A DNA stretch of 64,000 bases. It comes from Candidatus Micrarchaeia archaeon (GTDB lineage: Archaea > Micrarchaeota > Micrarchaeia > Micrarchaeales > CABMGC01). The stretch is taken from assembly GCA_049964835.1 (NCBI GenBank), contig JBMFWW010000001.1, forward strand, positions 131,589 through 195,588, in the 5' to 3' direction. Shown piece after piece: positions 36,041 through 46,073 of this stretch. The position numbers and the translations under genes are program-made. Position 1 is the stretch's first letter. Each line of letters begins with the position of its first letter. A model generated the notes under the pieces. It ran no database searches and was not told where the DNA came from. It saw nothing but the letters and a program-made list of their open reading frames with translations.

Positions 36041-38071
36041 TTGTTATGTTCACTTGTTAGAAAGGATTACTTTATGAACTTGCATAATAAGTTTTTTTTA
36101 ATGATTGCGTTTATTGCACTTACATCAATGCCTGGAATAGTTTTTGGTGGTTACTGGTTTCAGTTTGGCGCAAGAGGTGGCCAATATACAACATTAAATA
36201 ATGGTGCAAGCGTAAATATACAAACTGTAGTAAATCAAAACATAAAGTCCGGTTCTTCTGGCTACTGGATAGGGGAAAACCTTGCAAATGGAGCCTTTCT
36301 ACAAATTGGTTATTTGATAGAGAACCAAAGTGGAGTATATCCATCTTTTTGTAATGTTTCAGGCTGTGGAGGTTACCAAAATTTAACTAAAGGAAATGCG
36401 GAATGGTTCTATGAGTACTTTCCACCATCATTTTCTCAATCCTTTTTAGGTGCTATAGGGCCAGATGGTTCTGCAGGTAAAAATGGAACAATTAATAATT
36501 ACCGTTTTTATGTTAATGGAACTATTTGGAATTTTGTATTCGATGGAAGAATAGTGGGCAATATAACTTTGGGCTCAAACAATTCCGGTCAAAATATACC
36601 TCTTGCTTTTGGAGAGCTAGCCAATACATCAAACAGTAATACATTCTTGAAACCTGTTATTTTCAGCAACTTATCATTTTATAAAAACGGAGTTTTTCTT
36701 CAAGTTCCTCATGGATATACTTACATTGGTTATGGTGAGGGAAGCCAAACAGATTTAGCCAACCCTTACGGTATTCAAGAAATAGGTAATAGAGTAAATT
36801 ACTTTGAGGTAGGTTCGGACTTAATACAATATCCCGATAATACAAAGCTTTGGACACTTGGTTATTCATTAAAAACAATTTCTAATTATGGTAACTTTAA
36901 TTCTATACTAGGTTATGTGGCATACTCACAAGCAAATATAAATGTGCCAAATGAAATATATCTTGGGAATAATACTCGTGTTCTTTTTGTAGGTTGGGAT
37001 GGTACAGGCACAGGGTCATATACTGGTTTTTCTAATTATTCAAATGTTTACCTTGATCAAAATATAACAGAACAAGCTACATGGGAGAAACAGTATTATG
37101 TTACTATCTCATCAAAATATGGCAATGTAACTGGTTCTGGTTGGTACTCCCCAAATCAAACCTTAATTTATAAATTAAGTTCTAATATCTTCTATTTGAA
37201 TAATACTGCAAGGGTCATATTCGCAGGTTGGAATATAGGTGGTAAAAATCTGACCGGTATTACAAAAATAGCCGGCCCCATAAACATAAGCCCAATATGG
37301 AAAAACCAGTATTATATAAAAATTAATTCTACAATAAATGGCACAAATGAAAGTGGTTGGTATTATAAAAACAGTACTATAAATTTATCATTGAAAAAAC
37401 CAGTTCTAGAAAATACGCCATTTTATAGACTTTCATTTTATTCATGGAACAACGGCGCAAAGACCCAAAATCTAACTCTGAGGATATCTAGTCCACTAAC
37501 AATATATCCCATTTACAAAAAGGAGTACCTTACCAAGTTTAATGCAATTAATGTTTATGGTAATCCGATAAAAATAAATAACATATATTTAGACAATAAC
37601 ATTACTAACGACACTACCTATCTATATTCAGGAATTAAGTATACAATAAATAAAATTATTTACGATGGGGCAAGTATCTCTCTAAATAAATCAATATCAG
37701 TTAATTCAACTTCTTCTATAAATATAACTATGCCTTTATATAATCTAAGTCTAAAAACAACAGATCTGTTTGGAATTCCAGTAAATGCACTTGTAAATAT
37801 AAATTTCTATAATGGAACTTCAATTTCAGAATATACTGGCTCTTCTGGAACTTTGCTTTTCAAAAATGTTCCATACGGTTTTGCTACAGGTACTGTTTAT
37901 TATGGACAAATAAGTACTACCATAAATGCAGCTAATGGAGTACCAGTAAAAAGTATTTTTATCTCACTTCTAAATATAGTTATATTTATTCTAGTAATAG
38001 TAATTGCAGGAATCATTTTTGTATTAGCATCAAGAAAAATGCATAAGAAAAATGAAGAACTACATATCTAA
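36041..38071 (+). CDS. surface glycoprotein with repeated G-W-Y beta modules and a C-terminal anchor
   Basis: 676 aa. Signal/TM at the N-terminus (probable start at M12). At least three modules of the form YY[VI].I.S..G...GSGWY......I....(x)...R..F.GW. Many sequons. C-terminal TM plus SRKMHKK. Confidence 0.6.
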   Translation: MLCSLVRKDYFMNLHNKFFLMIAFIALTSMPGIVFGGYWFQFGARGGQYTTLNNGASVNIQTVVNQNIKSGSSGYWIGENLANGAFLQIGYLIENQSGVYPSFCNVSGCGGYQNLTKGNAEWFYEYFPPSFSQSFLGAIGPDGSAGKNGTINNYRFYVNGTIWNFVFDGRIVGNITLGSNNSGQNIPLAFGELANTSNSNTFLKPVIFSNLSFYKNGVFLQVPHGYTYIGYGEGSQTDLANPYGIQEIGNRVNYFEVGSDLIQYPDNTKLWTLGYSLKTISNYGNFNSILGYVAYSQANINVPNEIYLGNNTRVLFVGWDGTGTGSYTGFSNYSNVYLDQNITEQATWEKQYYVTISSKYGNVTGSGWYSPNQTLIYKLSSNIFYLNNTARVIFAGWNIGGKNLTGITKIAGPINISPIWKNQYYIKINSTINGTNESGWYYKNSTINLSLKKPVLENTPFYRLSFYSWNNGAKTQNLTLRISSPLTIYPIYKKEYLTKFNAINVYGNPIKINNIYLDNNITNDTTYLYSGIKYTINKIIYDGASISLNKSISVNSTSSINITMPLYNLSLKTTDLFGIPVNALVNINFYNGTSISEYTGSSGTLLFKNVPYGFATGTVYYGQISTTINAANGVPVKSIFISLLNIVIFILVIVIAGIIFVLASRKMHKKNEELHI

Positions 38072-38116
38072 ATACTAAAATTTATATTCTTTTACTTAAT
38101 ATGTATTTTGATTTAA

Positions 38117-38638
38117 ATGAAATTAGTTATGGTTATACCTCCTGGAGAGTTCAAAGATGAAACAGTTGTAAAGGTATCAGAAACAATGCAAAAATGGAAG
38201 GTAGATCTTTTAATAGCAAGCTCGACAAAAAATGAATGTAAGGGTTCTCATGGAGCAATGATAAAACCCAAACTGTTAATATCTGATATAAACAGCAATG
38301 ATTTTGACGGCATCATAATTTCAAATGGCTTAGGAATTGAAGATTATAAACTTTACGAATCAAGGCAACTTATAGATTTAATAAAGCACTTTAATGAAAA
38401 CAGAAAAATCATTTGTGGCATAGGTAATGGTCTTAAGATAATCTCGCGTGCAAATATAATATCAAACAAAAAAATTTGCTCGCTAAAAGATCCAGAGACA
38501 CTACGTTTTGTAAAACTTTTTAGAGGTATAGTTACTGAAAATGATGTTCAGATAGACCAAAATTTAATAACAGCAACATCAAGCGACAAGGTTTCAGAGT
38601 TCTCAAAAGCGATTATAGAAGTTTTGGAACTTTTATAA
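38117..38638 (+). CDS. DJ-1/PfpI family protein
   Basis: 173 aa. Flavodoxin-like fold pattern with nucleophile-elbow ICGIGNG, where the canonical sequence is AICHG. Confidence 0.65.
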   Translation: MKLVMVIPPGEFKDETVVKVSETMQKWKVDLLIASSTKNECKGSHGAMIKPKLLISDINSNDFDGIIISNGLGIEDYKLYESRQLIDLIKHFNENRKIICGIGNGLKIISRANIISNKKICSLKDPETLRFVKLFRGIVTENDVQIDQNLITATSSDKVSEFSKAIIEVLELL

Positions 38639-38962
38639 TCATTTAAAAATTTTGTTTTCTTGTCCACATACACATTTGTACAAAACAACCTTTTTACTAA
38701 CACGTACCTTTGAGTTAATTCCAGGAATTAATACTGCTAAGCAGTTTTTGCATATTTTTATCTTATTTTTCTTTATGGCTTTTGCTTTGTAATGCTTGTT
38801 TATTAATAAGGCGAGTTTAATATACCTTTTAGAAAGAGCAACAGACTCTTCATTGTTTTCAATGGTCTTTTCTTTTGCAAGTTGAAATAATCTATTTATC
38901 CTATATACGCTTATTTTCTTAATAATATTAATATTTTTTTTCATTTGAATCTTTCCTTTCAA
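38639..38962 (-). CDS. rnp4: RNase P protein component 4 (Rpp21/Rpr2)
   Basis: RINRLFQLA...LSKRYI.LA helical N-domain, plus the zinc ribbon CKNC...CVCG. Confidence 0.75.
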   Translation of the reverse strand: MKGKIQMKKNINIIKKISVYRINRLFQLAKEKTIENNEESVALSKRYIKLALLINKHYKAKAIKKNKIKICKNCLAVLIPGINSKVRVSKKVVLYKCVCGQENKIFK

Positions 38963-39048
38963 TTAATGTCAAAATTGTATATTTTATATATTTTGTTATA
39001 GTAATATATATTACGATTTGTAGGCTACTACTTACAAAAGGAGTTGTT

Positions 39049-39714
39049 ATGGAAAACTTCGTAATTATAGATTCGGATTCATTAGTTAAAGACAAAAAAG
39101 ATATTTCATATTATGTTTACGAGTCAATACGCAACATATACGGCATAATAACAAATATAAATCTAGAAAAGTACAAAGAACTAACCTCTAAAGAGACGGC
39201 AATTGAAATACTAAAAGAAAATGGTCTTTCTGATAGTGAGATAACTCCGAGATTAGACCGATATCTTGAAGATTTGCCTTATTCATACTATAATGTTGCA
39301 TGGAGTGATAAAATAGAATCATCTAATGGGGCAAAGCAGTTTTTAGAACTTCTCAATAAGAAAAAGATTGAAGTAGGTTTAATATCTAATGAGCCTACAG
39401 ATTTAGCAAAAATGAGGCTTAAAAAATTAGGGCTTGAAAAGCACTTTACATTTTATTCCGGAGCTGAAAATGGAATTACTCCATTGGAAATTCTTAAAAA
39501 TGGGCTAGCTCAGGCCGAATCTAATTATAATCTAGCTTCAGAACAGTGTGTTTTAATAAGCTCATCAAAACGTTTTCTAGAAGCGGGTAAGGCATTCAAT
39601 ACCTATACTGTAGGTATGGCATCATCACCAGAAGAGAAGGGCAGACTCATAAATGCACAGCCAGATGAGATACTTCCATCTTTTAAAGAAAAGCCAAAGG
39701 TTCTAAAACTTTAG
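39049..39714 (+). CDS. HAD-superfamily hydrolase-like protein
   Basis: Motif I IIDSDSL (DxDx[TL]), motif II LISNE, cap-domain-sized insert. The motif IV acidic residues are not obvious. Confidence 0.5.
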   Translation: MENFVIIDSDSLVKDKKDISYYVYESIRNIYGIITNINLEKYKELTSKETAIEILKENGLSDSEITPRLDRYLEDLPYSYYNVAWSDKIESSNGAKQFLELLNKKKIEVGLISNEPTDLAKMRLKKLGLEKHFTFYSGAENGITPLEILKNGLAQAESNYNLASEQCVLISSSKRFLEAGKAFNTYTVGMASSPEEKGRLINAQPDEILPSFKEKPKVLKL

Positions 39715-40586
39715 TTTTTGCATTCATCAATAATTTCAAGCATAACTCTATATCCTAGAAATTGGGTCATGCTGTTTAAATCATACTTTGGGCATATTTC
39801 CATTATATCAAAACCAAAAATGCCTTTATTAGCTATACTTTTAGAAATAGATATAAGCTGATTAGGATTAATTCCTGCAGGTTCTGGTTCTGTTACTCCA
39901 GGTGCAAAAGCCGGATCTAAAACATCCATATCTATTGATATATAAGTTTTATTTTTTAGTATTCTATTTATTTTTTTAATTGTATTTTTCAAACCTTCAT
40001 TCTCTATTTCTAAAGGTGTTACTATTTCTATTCCAAGTTTTTGAATATTTTTTATTTCTTCTGCTTCTGGAGTTCTAGTACCTACAATAACACTTGATTT
40101 TGGATCAAAGCCTGGAAGCTTCGATATATCATTCAATACAGAACCAAAGTATTTACCCCTTGAACTTATTAAGTCTGGATGCGCATCAAAGTAAGCAACA
40201 CCCCAACTTCCCCTAATATTAATAGAAGATAAAATCTTATATGTGATAGAGTGGTCCCCACCTATTGTTATTGGAATTTTTTTGTTTTTTTCTATCTTTT
40301 TAACAACTATTTTTAATTTTGATATATCCACATTACCAATATCATTGACCTTAGAACTTAACATTTTATTTTCAATTCCAAAACTTGAAAAGTTCTTATT
40401 TATTTTTACTCCTGCTACTTCATTTTTATTTAAAAATTCTCTCATAGATTCTGGGGCATATCTGCTTCCCTTCCTATATACACTACCATCATCACTCTTC
40501 ACTCCTAATATTATAAATTTAGCAGTATCAAAATTAGAATTACTTACAGGAAAAACTAGTTTCTTACTTTTATTATTTGTATTCAA
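39711..40586 (-). CDS. speB: agmatinase (ureohydrolase family)
   Basis: GGDHSITY, FDAHPD and SIDMDVLDPAFAPG Mn-binding motifs. Confidence 0.85.
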   Translation of the reverse strand: MNTNNKSKKLVFPVSNSNFDTAKFIILGVKSDDGSVYRKGSRYAPESMREFLNKNEVAGVKINKNFSSFGIENKMLSSKVNDIGNVDISKLKIVVKKIEKNKKIPITIGGDHSITYKILSSINIRGSWGVAYFDAHPDLISSRGKYFGSVLNDISKLPGFDPKSSVIVGTRTPEAEEIKNIQKLGIEIVTPLEIENEGLKNTIKKINRILKNKTYISIDMDVLDPAFAPGVTEPEPAGINPNQLISISKSIANKGIFGFDIMEICPKYDLNSMTQFLGYRVMLEIIDECKN

Positions 40587-40635
40587 AGAATCACTACTAA
40601 TTCTAAAATACTTAATAATATTAACTATTTGCTTT

Positions 40636-41763
40636 TTACATTATAAGGCTGGTACCTCTTGCAATAAACTCTGCTATATCTTTACTATTTGAATTAAGTT
40701 GCAGATTATTAGAAAGTTCTTGATATTGCCATTGAGTATCAAAAATCTTTTCCATAAATTCGATGCTAAATTCTGAAGACTGCCCATTAAGTTTTTTTAT
40801 TATATCCTCTATAAAAAATTCTGAAGTATCTTTTCCTCTAGGACACTGAGTTCTTAATTCAACACCATCTTTAACAAGTGTCCAACAACCTCTCATTCCA
40901 GTTGAAGCTTCCCTATCTGAATCTAAATACATTAATTCTATGTAAGCTCCAGACTCTAAGTAAATTCTTACTGCCTTTTTATCTACTGGAGCTCCCTTCG
41001 CTATTCTTACCGTTCCCTTTGCATTATTTGCGAACTTGCCTCCAAATAAAGAAATAGATGCTTCGATTCCAGTGGGGTTTTCTTTGTTGTAAGTAGAGTT
41101 TGTGATGTATAAATTCAATTTGTTTAATTTAACATTTTCAGCTGACATTCCTCTATATATTATTTCAAATGGATGTATCCAGTCCATGAACAAACCACCA
41201 CTTTCTTTTGAAAAAAGCCATGAACTTCTTCTCATATCCTCCTCTCTAGTAGGTTCATAAAATGTTGCAGCTATACCTATTATTTTTCCATATTCTTTCA
41301 ACATATCCTCTAAAATTTTCTCAAGTTCTATCGTAAGAAGCTTGTGCAGATAATGCAAGTGAAGATATGCCTTATCCTCTAACCTATTTTCCTTTATAAA
41401 ATTCACAACAGAATAAAACTCTTCCTTATTTACTCCCCATGTTTTTTCAGTTATCGTCATTTTACCTTTTTTAAGCGACTGTATTGTTTGTTTTGCATGA
41501 TAATCATTTGGATCTGATATATGCACTATGTCAAGACCTTCAAAAAATTCTTCTGGCAGAGGAGCATTAGGCTCCATTCTGTAATAATTTTCTTTGCTTA
41601 TTCCTACCATCCTCAATCGCTCTGCTTTTGAAGCTATATCACTAACACCTATAACCTTCGCAAGCCTAATCTGATCTGTTTTTACCATTCCTGCATACAA
41701 TCTTTCAAACCAATGTCCGAATCCTACCGCACCTAAATTATAAGCCATACAAAAACCACACAA
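40636..41763 (-). CDS. Gfo/Idh/MocA-like oxidoreductase
   Basis: N-terminal Rossmann segment LGAVGFG, and LDIVHISDPNDYHAKQTIQSLKKGKMTITEKTWG, which matches iDaV.I.tP...H......l..GKhv..EKP. Confidence 0.6.
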   Translation of the reverse strand: MCGFCMAYNLGAVGFGHWFERLYAGMVKTDQIRLAKVIGVSDIASKAERLRMVGISKENYYRMEPNAPLPEEFFEGLDIVHISDPNDYHAKQTIQSLKKGKMTITEKTWGVNKEEFYSVVNFIKENRLEDKAYLHLHYLHKLLTIELEKILEDMLKEYGKIIGIAATFYEPTREEDMRRSSWLFSKESGGLFMDWIHPFEIIYRGMSAENVKLNKLNLYITNSTYNKENPTGIEASISLFGGKFANNAKGTVRIAKGAPVDKKAVRIYLESGAYIELMYLDSDREASTGMRGCWTLVKDGVELRTQCPRGKDTSEFFIEDIIKKLNGQSSEFSIEFMEKIFDTQWQYQELSNNLQLNSNSKDIAEFIARGTSLIM

Positions 41764-41932
41764 TTTTATAACTCAAAACGCTTTCGTTTTTTGTTATTAG
41801 ATGTGAAAATATTATAACTTATAATATATTTATATTGTCTGTACCAATAAGAATAAGCAAATAAAACTACCTTAAATTGTATTTATAAAAGTATATTAAT
41901 CTGAAAAAACATAATTTTAAAAGTGGTAGCTA

Positions 41933-44419
41933 ATGAAATATAAAGTTAAAGATAGTGATGACGAGAAAAATAAAGTTTATCAAGAAGACATTAAAATTTT
42001 AAAAGATTTTGAATCTAAAATAAACAAAGATAAAATTCTATGCTTTTTGAAAGATATCGGTAGCGAAGCTTCGAAAGCATATATAGATGTTATTAAGGTT
42101 AAAAATGAAAAAACATTCTTTTTAGATGAAAAGTTAATGACTAAAGAAATGGCTAGGTTCCTTAAAGCTTTGGGGCCCCATTCTTATAGCTATTTAATAT
42201 CTATGTCAAGTTTTGAAGATAGAGAAAGATCACTTTCAGCAATGACCTCCCCCAGCCTTATAAATAATAAAGAAATTATAAATCTTGTAAATGTACTTGG
42301 AAGCAGCGCAACAAATTACTTTCATCATATATCAAAAACAGGTAATGTAGAAGTTTATACAAATCCTAAAGTAGTCAATCTTGCATATTCAATAAATGTT
42401 GATTTATTTTCGTATTATCTAATACTTTTAGAGTCAGAAAAATATCATAAAACAATGCTATCAGATAACTTCCAATACTTTCTTAAAAATTTAGAAACAG
42501 AAGTAGCAATTTCTTATTTGCATACACTTAATATAAATCCAAACAATGAAAATCTTCTATCCGATTTGATCATAGATAAAAAAAATATAAACTTTTTAAA
42601 CAATTTAAAAGTAGATTCTAACCTATTTTTTAATACCGCATTATATCAAAATCCCCAATTATTTATCAGCGAGAAATCATGTAATTTTATAAACAAATTA
42701 AATAAAAAAATTCAAGCAGGGTACCTCAAATCTTTAATATCTTTCAAATCAACTTTTTTGCTTTCTGAAGATGTACAAAATGAAACCATTGCTAATTTTG
42801 CAAACAAATTAGAGGAAACATCCTCTTTTTTCTTTGATTTTCTGTCCTATAAAAAAATAGGTAAAAAGCTTCTAGATCCTAATTTTTTAACAGAGGAAAA
42901 TTCAATTTTCATTAAGCAACTTGGTAATTATGAAGTTAAACAAAAAAATCTGGCTAGCTGTTATTTATACACAGTAGCTAATTCAAGTAATCCAAAATTA
43001 ATTATTAAAAAATCAACACGTGATTTTATACTCTCTTTAGATAAAGGTTTAGTAGAACCTTATTTATCAGCAATATTTATGACTAACTGTCCAGAGATAC
43101 TGACATCTAAAAGTTTTATAAATTTTACTAATAGTATAAGCAATAATACAAAAAAAGATAATTTTTTTAATTTAATACAAAACCAAACAAAAGAAAACCT
43201 TAGTATGTTTTTAGAGAATATAAAACGACTTAAAGACACAAAGATATTATCTGAACAAAGGCAAATAGCCATAGCGTTCTTTAAAAGTAGCTTAATAAAT
43301 ATCGTTACTGATAATAAATCTTTAGATTTTGTTTTTTCATATCTTTCTTCATTATCCCTTGATGAACTTTCACTACCAAAGCCTAAAATTGACAATATTA
43401 GTTTTTATGGCGATTTATTAAATGACCTATTGAATAAGAAATACAAATTAGATATAACTCTAAACCATTCGCAGTTAAGAAACTTATTTTCTGTACCTGA
43501 ATATTTAAGGTATGATTTATTAAAGGGCTTTAAAGAACATAACAAAATATCTGAAAGAATTTATCAACCAGAACGATTAAATCTTATAAAAATTTCACAA
43601 TTAGAAAAAAACGAAAGGATAAAAATTCTACTCAATTCAATTATAAAATATAATTTAAATGAGCCTAAAAATGAATATTCAGAATTTTTACTTTCGCAAA
43701 AACAAGTTAAAGTCGCAATAAACTTTTTTTCTCCTAAAAAATTTTTAGGCTTGAAAGAAAACATCAAAAAATTAATAGAAATTGAAGGATATACTAAGGC
43801 ATTTGAGATTTTAGAAGAGAGATATGGTAAAAATGAATTATTAAAAGGATTTTTTCAAATTCCAAAAATTACTGATTCGGAATTAGAAAAATATGGAAAA
43901 AACTCAACATTAAAATCATATTTAACTAAGAACATGCTTGATTTTGATGGGCGAGTCTTTCAAGCTTGCATATTTCTACCTAATGGAAAATATAATAAAT
44001 TAATATTAAACTACATAAAAGATCCGGCAATTATAATAAAATACGAAAAAGACGATCAAATAATTTCTGCTGCGATATGTCTTTTTCATAAAAATGAAAG
44101 AATATTTTTTGTTAATTCTGTAGAAGGTAAAAATACAGAACAAGTGCCATTATTATTTTATACTATCTACGAGGATTTACTAGAAAGAGCAAAAGAGCTT
44201 GGAGCTTTAAAAATTATATTCCTTTTAAATCCTTTAAATACATTTCCCAAAAAATTTATTGCTTTGATGAAAGATTTAGGTTTAGAATACAAACAAAGAA
44301 TACCCTATAATTTTAAGTATTTTAAAGGTGTAACTGACGTATCAACAAGTTTTTTCGAAGGTTACATAAAAACTTTTAGTGAAATAACTAATGATTTATA
44401 TACCTCTAAGCGGAATTAG
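41933..44419 (+). CDS. large hypothetical protein with at least 10 degenerate helical repeats and a possible GNAT-like C-terminal domain
   Basis: 828 aa. A recurring roughly 35-40-aa unit has the core F[LI]K.LG......Y[LI]... (FLKDIGSEASKAYIDVI, FLKALGPHSYSYLISM, LVNVLGSSATNYFHHI, FLKNLETEVAISYLHTL, FINKLNKKIQAGYLKSLI, and others). Confidence 0.5.
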   Translation: MKYKVKDSDDEKNKVYQEDIKILKDFESKINKDKILCFLKDIGSEASKAYIDVIKVKNEKTFFLDEKLMTKEMARFLKALGPHSYSYLISMSSFEDRERSLSAMTSPSLINNKEIINLVNVLGSSATNYFHHISKTGNVEVYTNPKVVNLAYSINVDLFSYYLILLESEKYHKTMLSDNFQYFLKNLETEVAISYLHTLNINPNNENLLSDLIIDKKNINFLNNLKVDSNLFFNTALYQNPQLFISEKSCNFINKLNKKIQAGYLKSLISFKSTFLLSEDVQNETIANFANKLEETSSFFFDFLSYKKIGKKLLDPNFLTEENSIFIKQLGNYEVKQKNLASCYLYTVANSSNPKLIIKKSTRDFILSLDKGLVEPYLSAIFMTNCPEILTSKSFINFTNSISNNTKKDNFFNLIQNQTKENLSMFLENIKRLKDTKILSEQRQIAIAFFKSSLINIVTDNKSLDFVFSYLSSLSLDELSLPKPKIDNISFYGDLLNDLLNKKYKLDITLNHSQLRNLFSVPEYLRYDLLKGFKEHNKISERIYQPERLNLIKISQLEKNERIKILLNSIIKYNLNEPKNEYSEFLLSQKQVKVAINFFSPKKFLGLKENIKKLIEIEGYTKAFEILEERYGKNELLKGFFQIPKITDSELEKYGKNSTLKSYLTKNMLDFDGRVFQACIFLPNGKYNKLILNYIKDPAIIIKYEKDDQIISAAICLFHKNERIFFVNSVEGKNTEQVPLLFYTIYEDLLERAKELGALKIIFLLNPLNTFPKKFIALMKDLGLEYKQRIPYNFKYFKGVTDVSTSFFEGYIKTFSEITNDLYTSKRN

Positions 44420-44497
44420 AAAATAAGATTCATGTAATGTTTATATATTTACATAAAGATATAAAAAATTTCAAATATAATCATATATGGTTTATTT

Positions 44498-46021
44498 ATG
44501 AAAACAAGTCCCATAGTTTTAATAATACGCGATGGTTGGGGATACAGAAAAGAAGAGGAGTTCAATGCTACTATCCTTGGAAATATTCCTTTTACAAAAA
44601 TGTTAATGCAAAGCTATCCAAATACCTTACTTGATGCATCTGGAGAAGCAGTTGGACTTCCTGAAGGTTATATGGGTAATTCTGAAGTAGGACATATGAC
44701 TATAGGCGCGGGAAAGATATTTTTTCAGTCATTGCCACGCATAAACAAGGAAATAAAAGATGGCGAGTTTTTTAAAAATAAGGCACTTATTCAAGCAGTA
44801 AATAATTGTAAAAATAATAAAAGCACAATGCACATACTTGGAATTCTTCAAAAATCAGGCGTTCATGCACATATGGATCATTGCATTGCTCTTTTAGATT
44901 TATGCAAGAAAGAAGGCCTTTCTGATGTTGTAATTCATATAATATCCGATGGCAGAGATGCTCCAATAACTGAAACTGAAAATAATCTAAAAATACTGCT
45001 AGATCACATAAAATCAATAGGAATAGGTAGAGTAGCGACAATTTCTGGCAGATACTATTCTATGGATAGAGATAAAAAATGGGATAGAACAAAATTAGCT
45101 TATGATTGCATAGCAAAAGGAGAAAGCAGCTTTACTTTTGATAATCCAATAAAATGTTTAGAAGAGTGCTATGCAAATAACGAGACCGACGAATTCATAA
45201 AGCCTAGAAAGGCATTATGGTACTCTGGAATAAATAATAATGACAGTGTTGTATTTTATAATTTTAGAACCGACAGAACACGTCAGCTTACTATGTCATT
45301 AATTGAAGAAAATTTTGAAGGTTGGCAAAGAACCCCCCTAGAAATATGTTTCGTAGCTATGACTGAGTTTTATACACCTATGGATAAACGGGCATATATC
45401 GCTTATCCTCCTGAACCTGTAGTAAATCTTCTAGGAGATGTTATTTCTCAAAATGGATTATCACAATTAAGAATCAGCGAAACTGAAAAATATGCACATG
45501 TAACTTTCTTCTTTAATGGTCAGTTTGAGCAGCCAAAAAAAGGAGAAGATAGAATATTAATACCAAGTCCAAAAGTTGCAACATACGACTTAAAACCAGA
45601 GATGTCGGTAAATGAGCTTGGAGATAGAATTGTAGAAGAAATTAAAAAAGACAAATACGATGTTATAATAACAAACTTTGTAAATGCCGATATGGTTGGT
45701 CATACTGGAGTATGGTCATCTATTCTAGAAGCGGTTAAATCTGTAGATATTAATATCAAAAAAGTAGTAGATGCTACTCTAAATAAAAATGGTACTGTAT
45801 TGATATCAGCAGATCATGGCTGTTGTGAAGATAAAACAGAAGCGTTTAAGACAAGTCATACAACAAATAAAGTTCCATTCATACTGGTAACAAATGATCA
45901 GTCACTAAGAAAGGTAAAATTAAAGGAAGGAAAAGGCCTTCAAGATATAGCTCCAACTATATTGAAACTCTTAAATATAGAAAAGCCAGCCGAAATAACT
46001 GGAGAGAGCATCATACCGTAA
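44498..46021 (+). CDS. gpmI: 2,3-bisphosphoglycerate-independent phosphoglycerate mutase (GpmI type)
   Basis: 507 aa. IRDGWG, GNSEVGHMTIGAG, and NFVNADMVGHTG and SADHG metal-site motifs. Confidence 0.9.
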   Translation: MKTSPIVLIIRDGWGYRKEEEFNATILGNIPFTKMLMQSYPNTLLDASGEAVGLPEGYMGNSEVGHMTIGAGKIFFQSLPRINKEIKDGEFFKNKALIQAVNNCKNNKSTMHILGILQKSGVHAHMDHCIALLDLCKKEGLSDVVIHIISDGRDAPITETENNLKILLDHIKSIGIGRVATISGRYYSMDRDKKWDRTKLAYDCIAKGESSFTFDNPIKCLEECYANNETDEFIKPRKALWYSGINNNDSVVFYNFRTDRTRQLTMSLIEENFEGWQRTPLEICFVAMTEFYTPMDKRAYIAYPPEPVVNLLGDVISQNGLSQLRISETEKYAHVTFFFNGQFEQPKKGEDRILIPSPKVATYDLKPEMSVNELGDRIVEEIKKDKYDVIITNFVNADMVGHTGVWSSILEAVKSVDINIKKVVDATLNKNGTVLISADHGCCEDKTEAFKTSHTTNKVPFILVTNDQSLRKVKLKEGKGLQDIAPTILKLLNIEKPAEITGESIIP

Positions 46022-46073
46022 TCTTTAAATGAATTAGGATATAATACTCTCGTAGCATTAATTATTGATTTAA

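Noticed and set aside
39711-39714. 4-nt convergent overlap of the HAD-like and agmatinase stop codons, and several ATGA/TGATG same-strand overlaps (13669, 57620, 61943, 9124).
   Set aside because: These are ordinary features of compact prokaryotic genomes. I used them only as evidence of operon coupling, not as findings in themselves.
44437-44634. 65-aa ORF overlapping the gpmI start.
   Set aside because: It is out of frame with gpmI and covers gpmI's conserved N-terminus. It has no motif.
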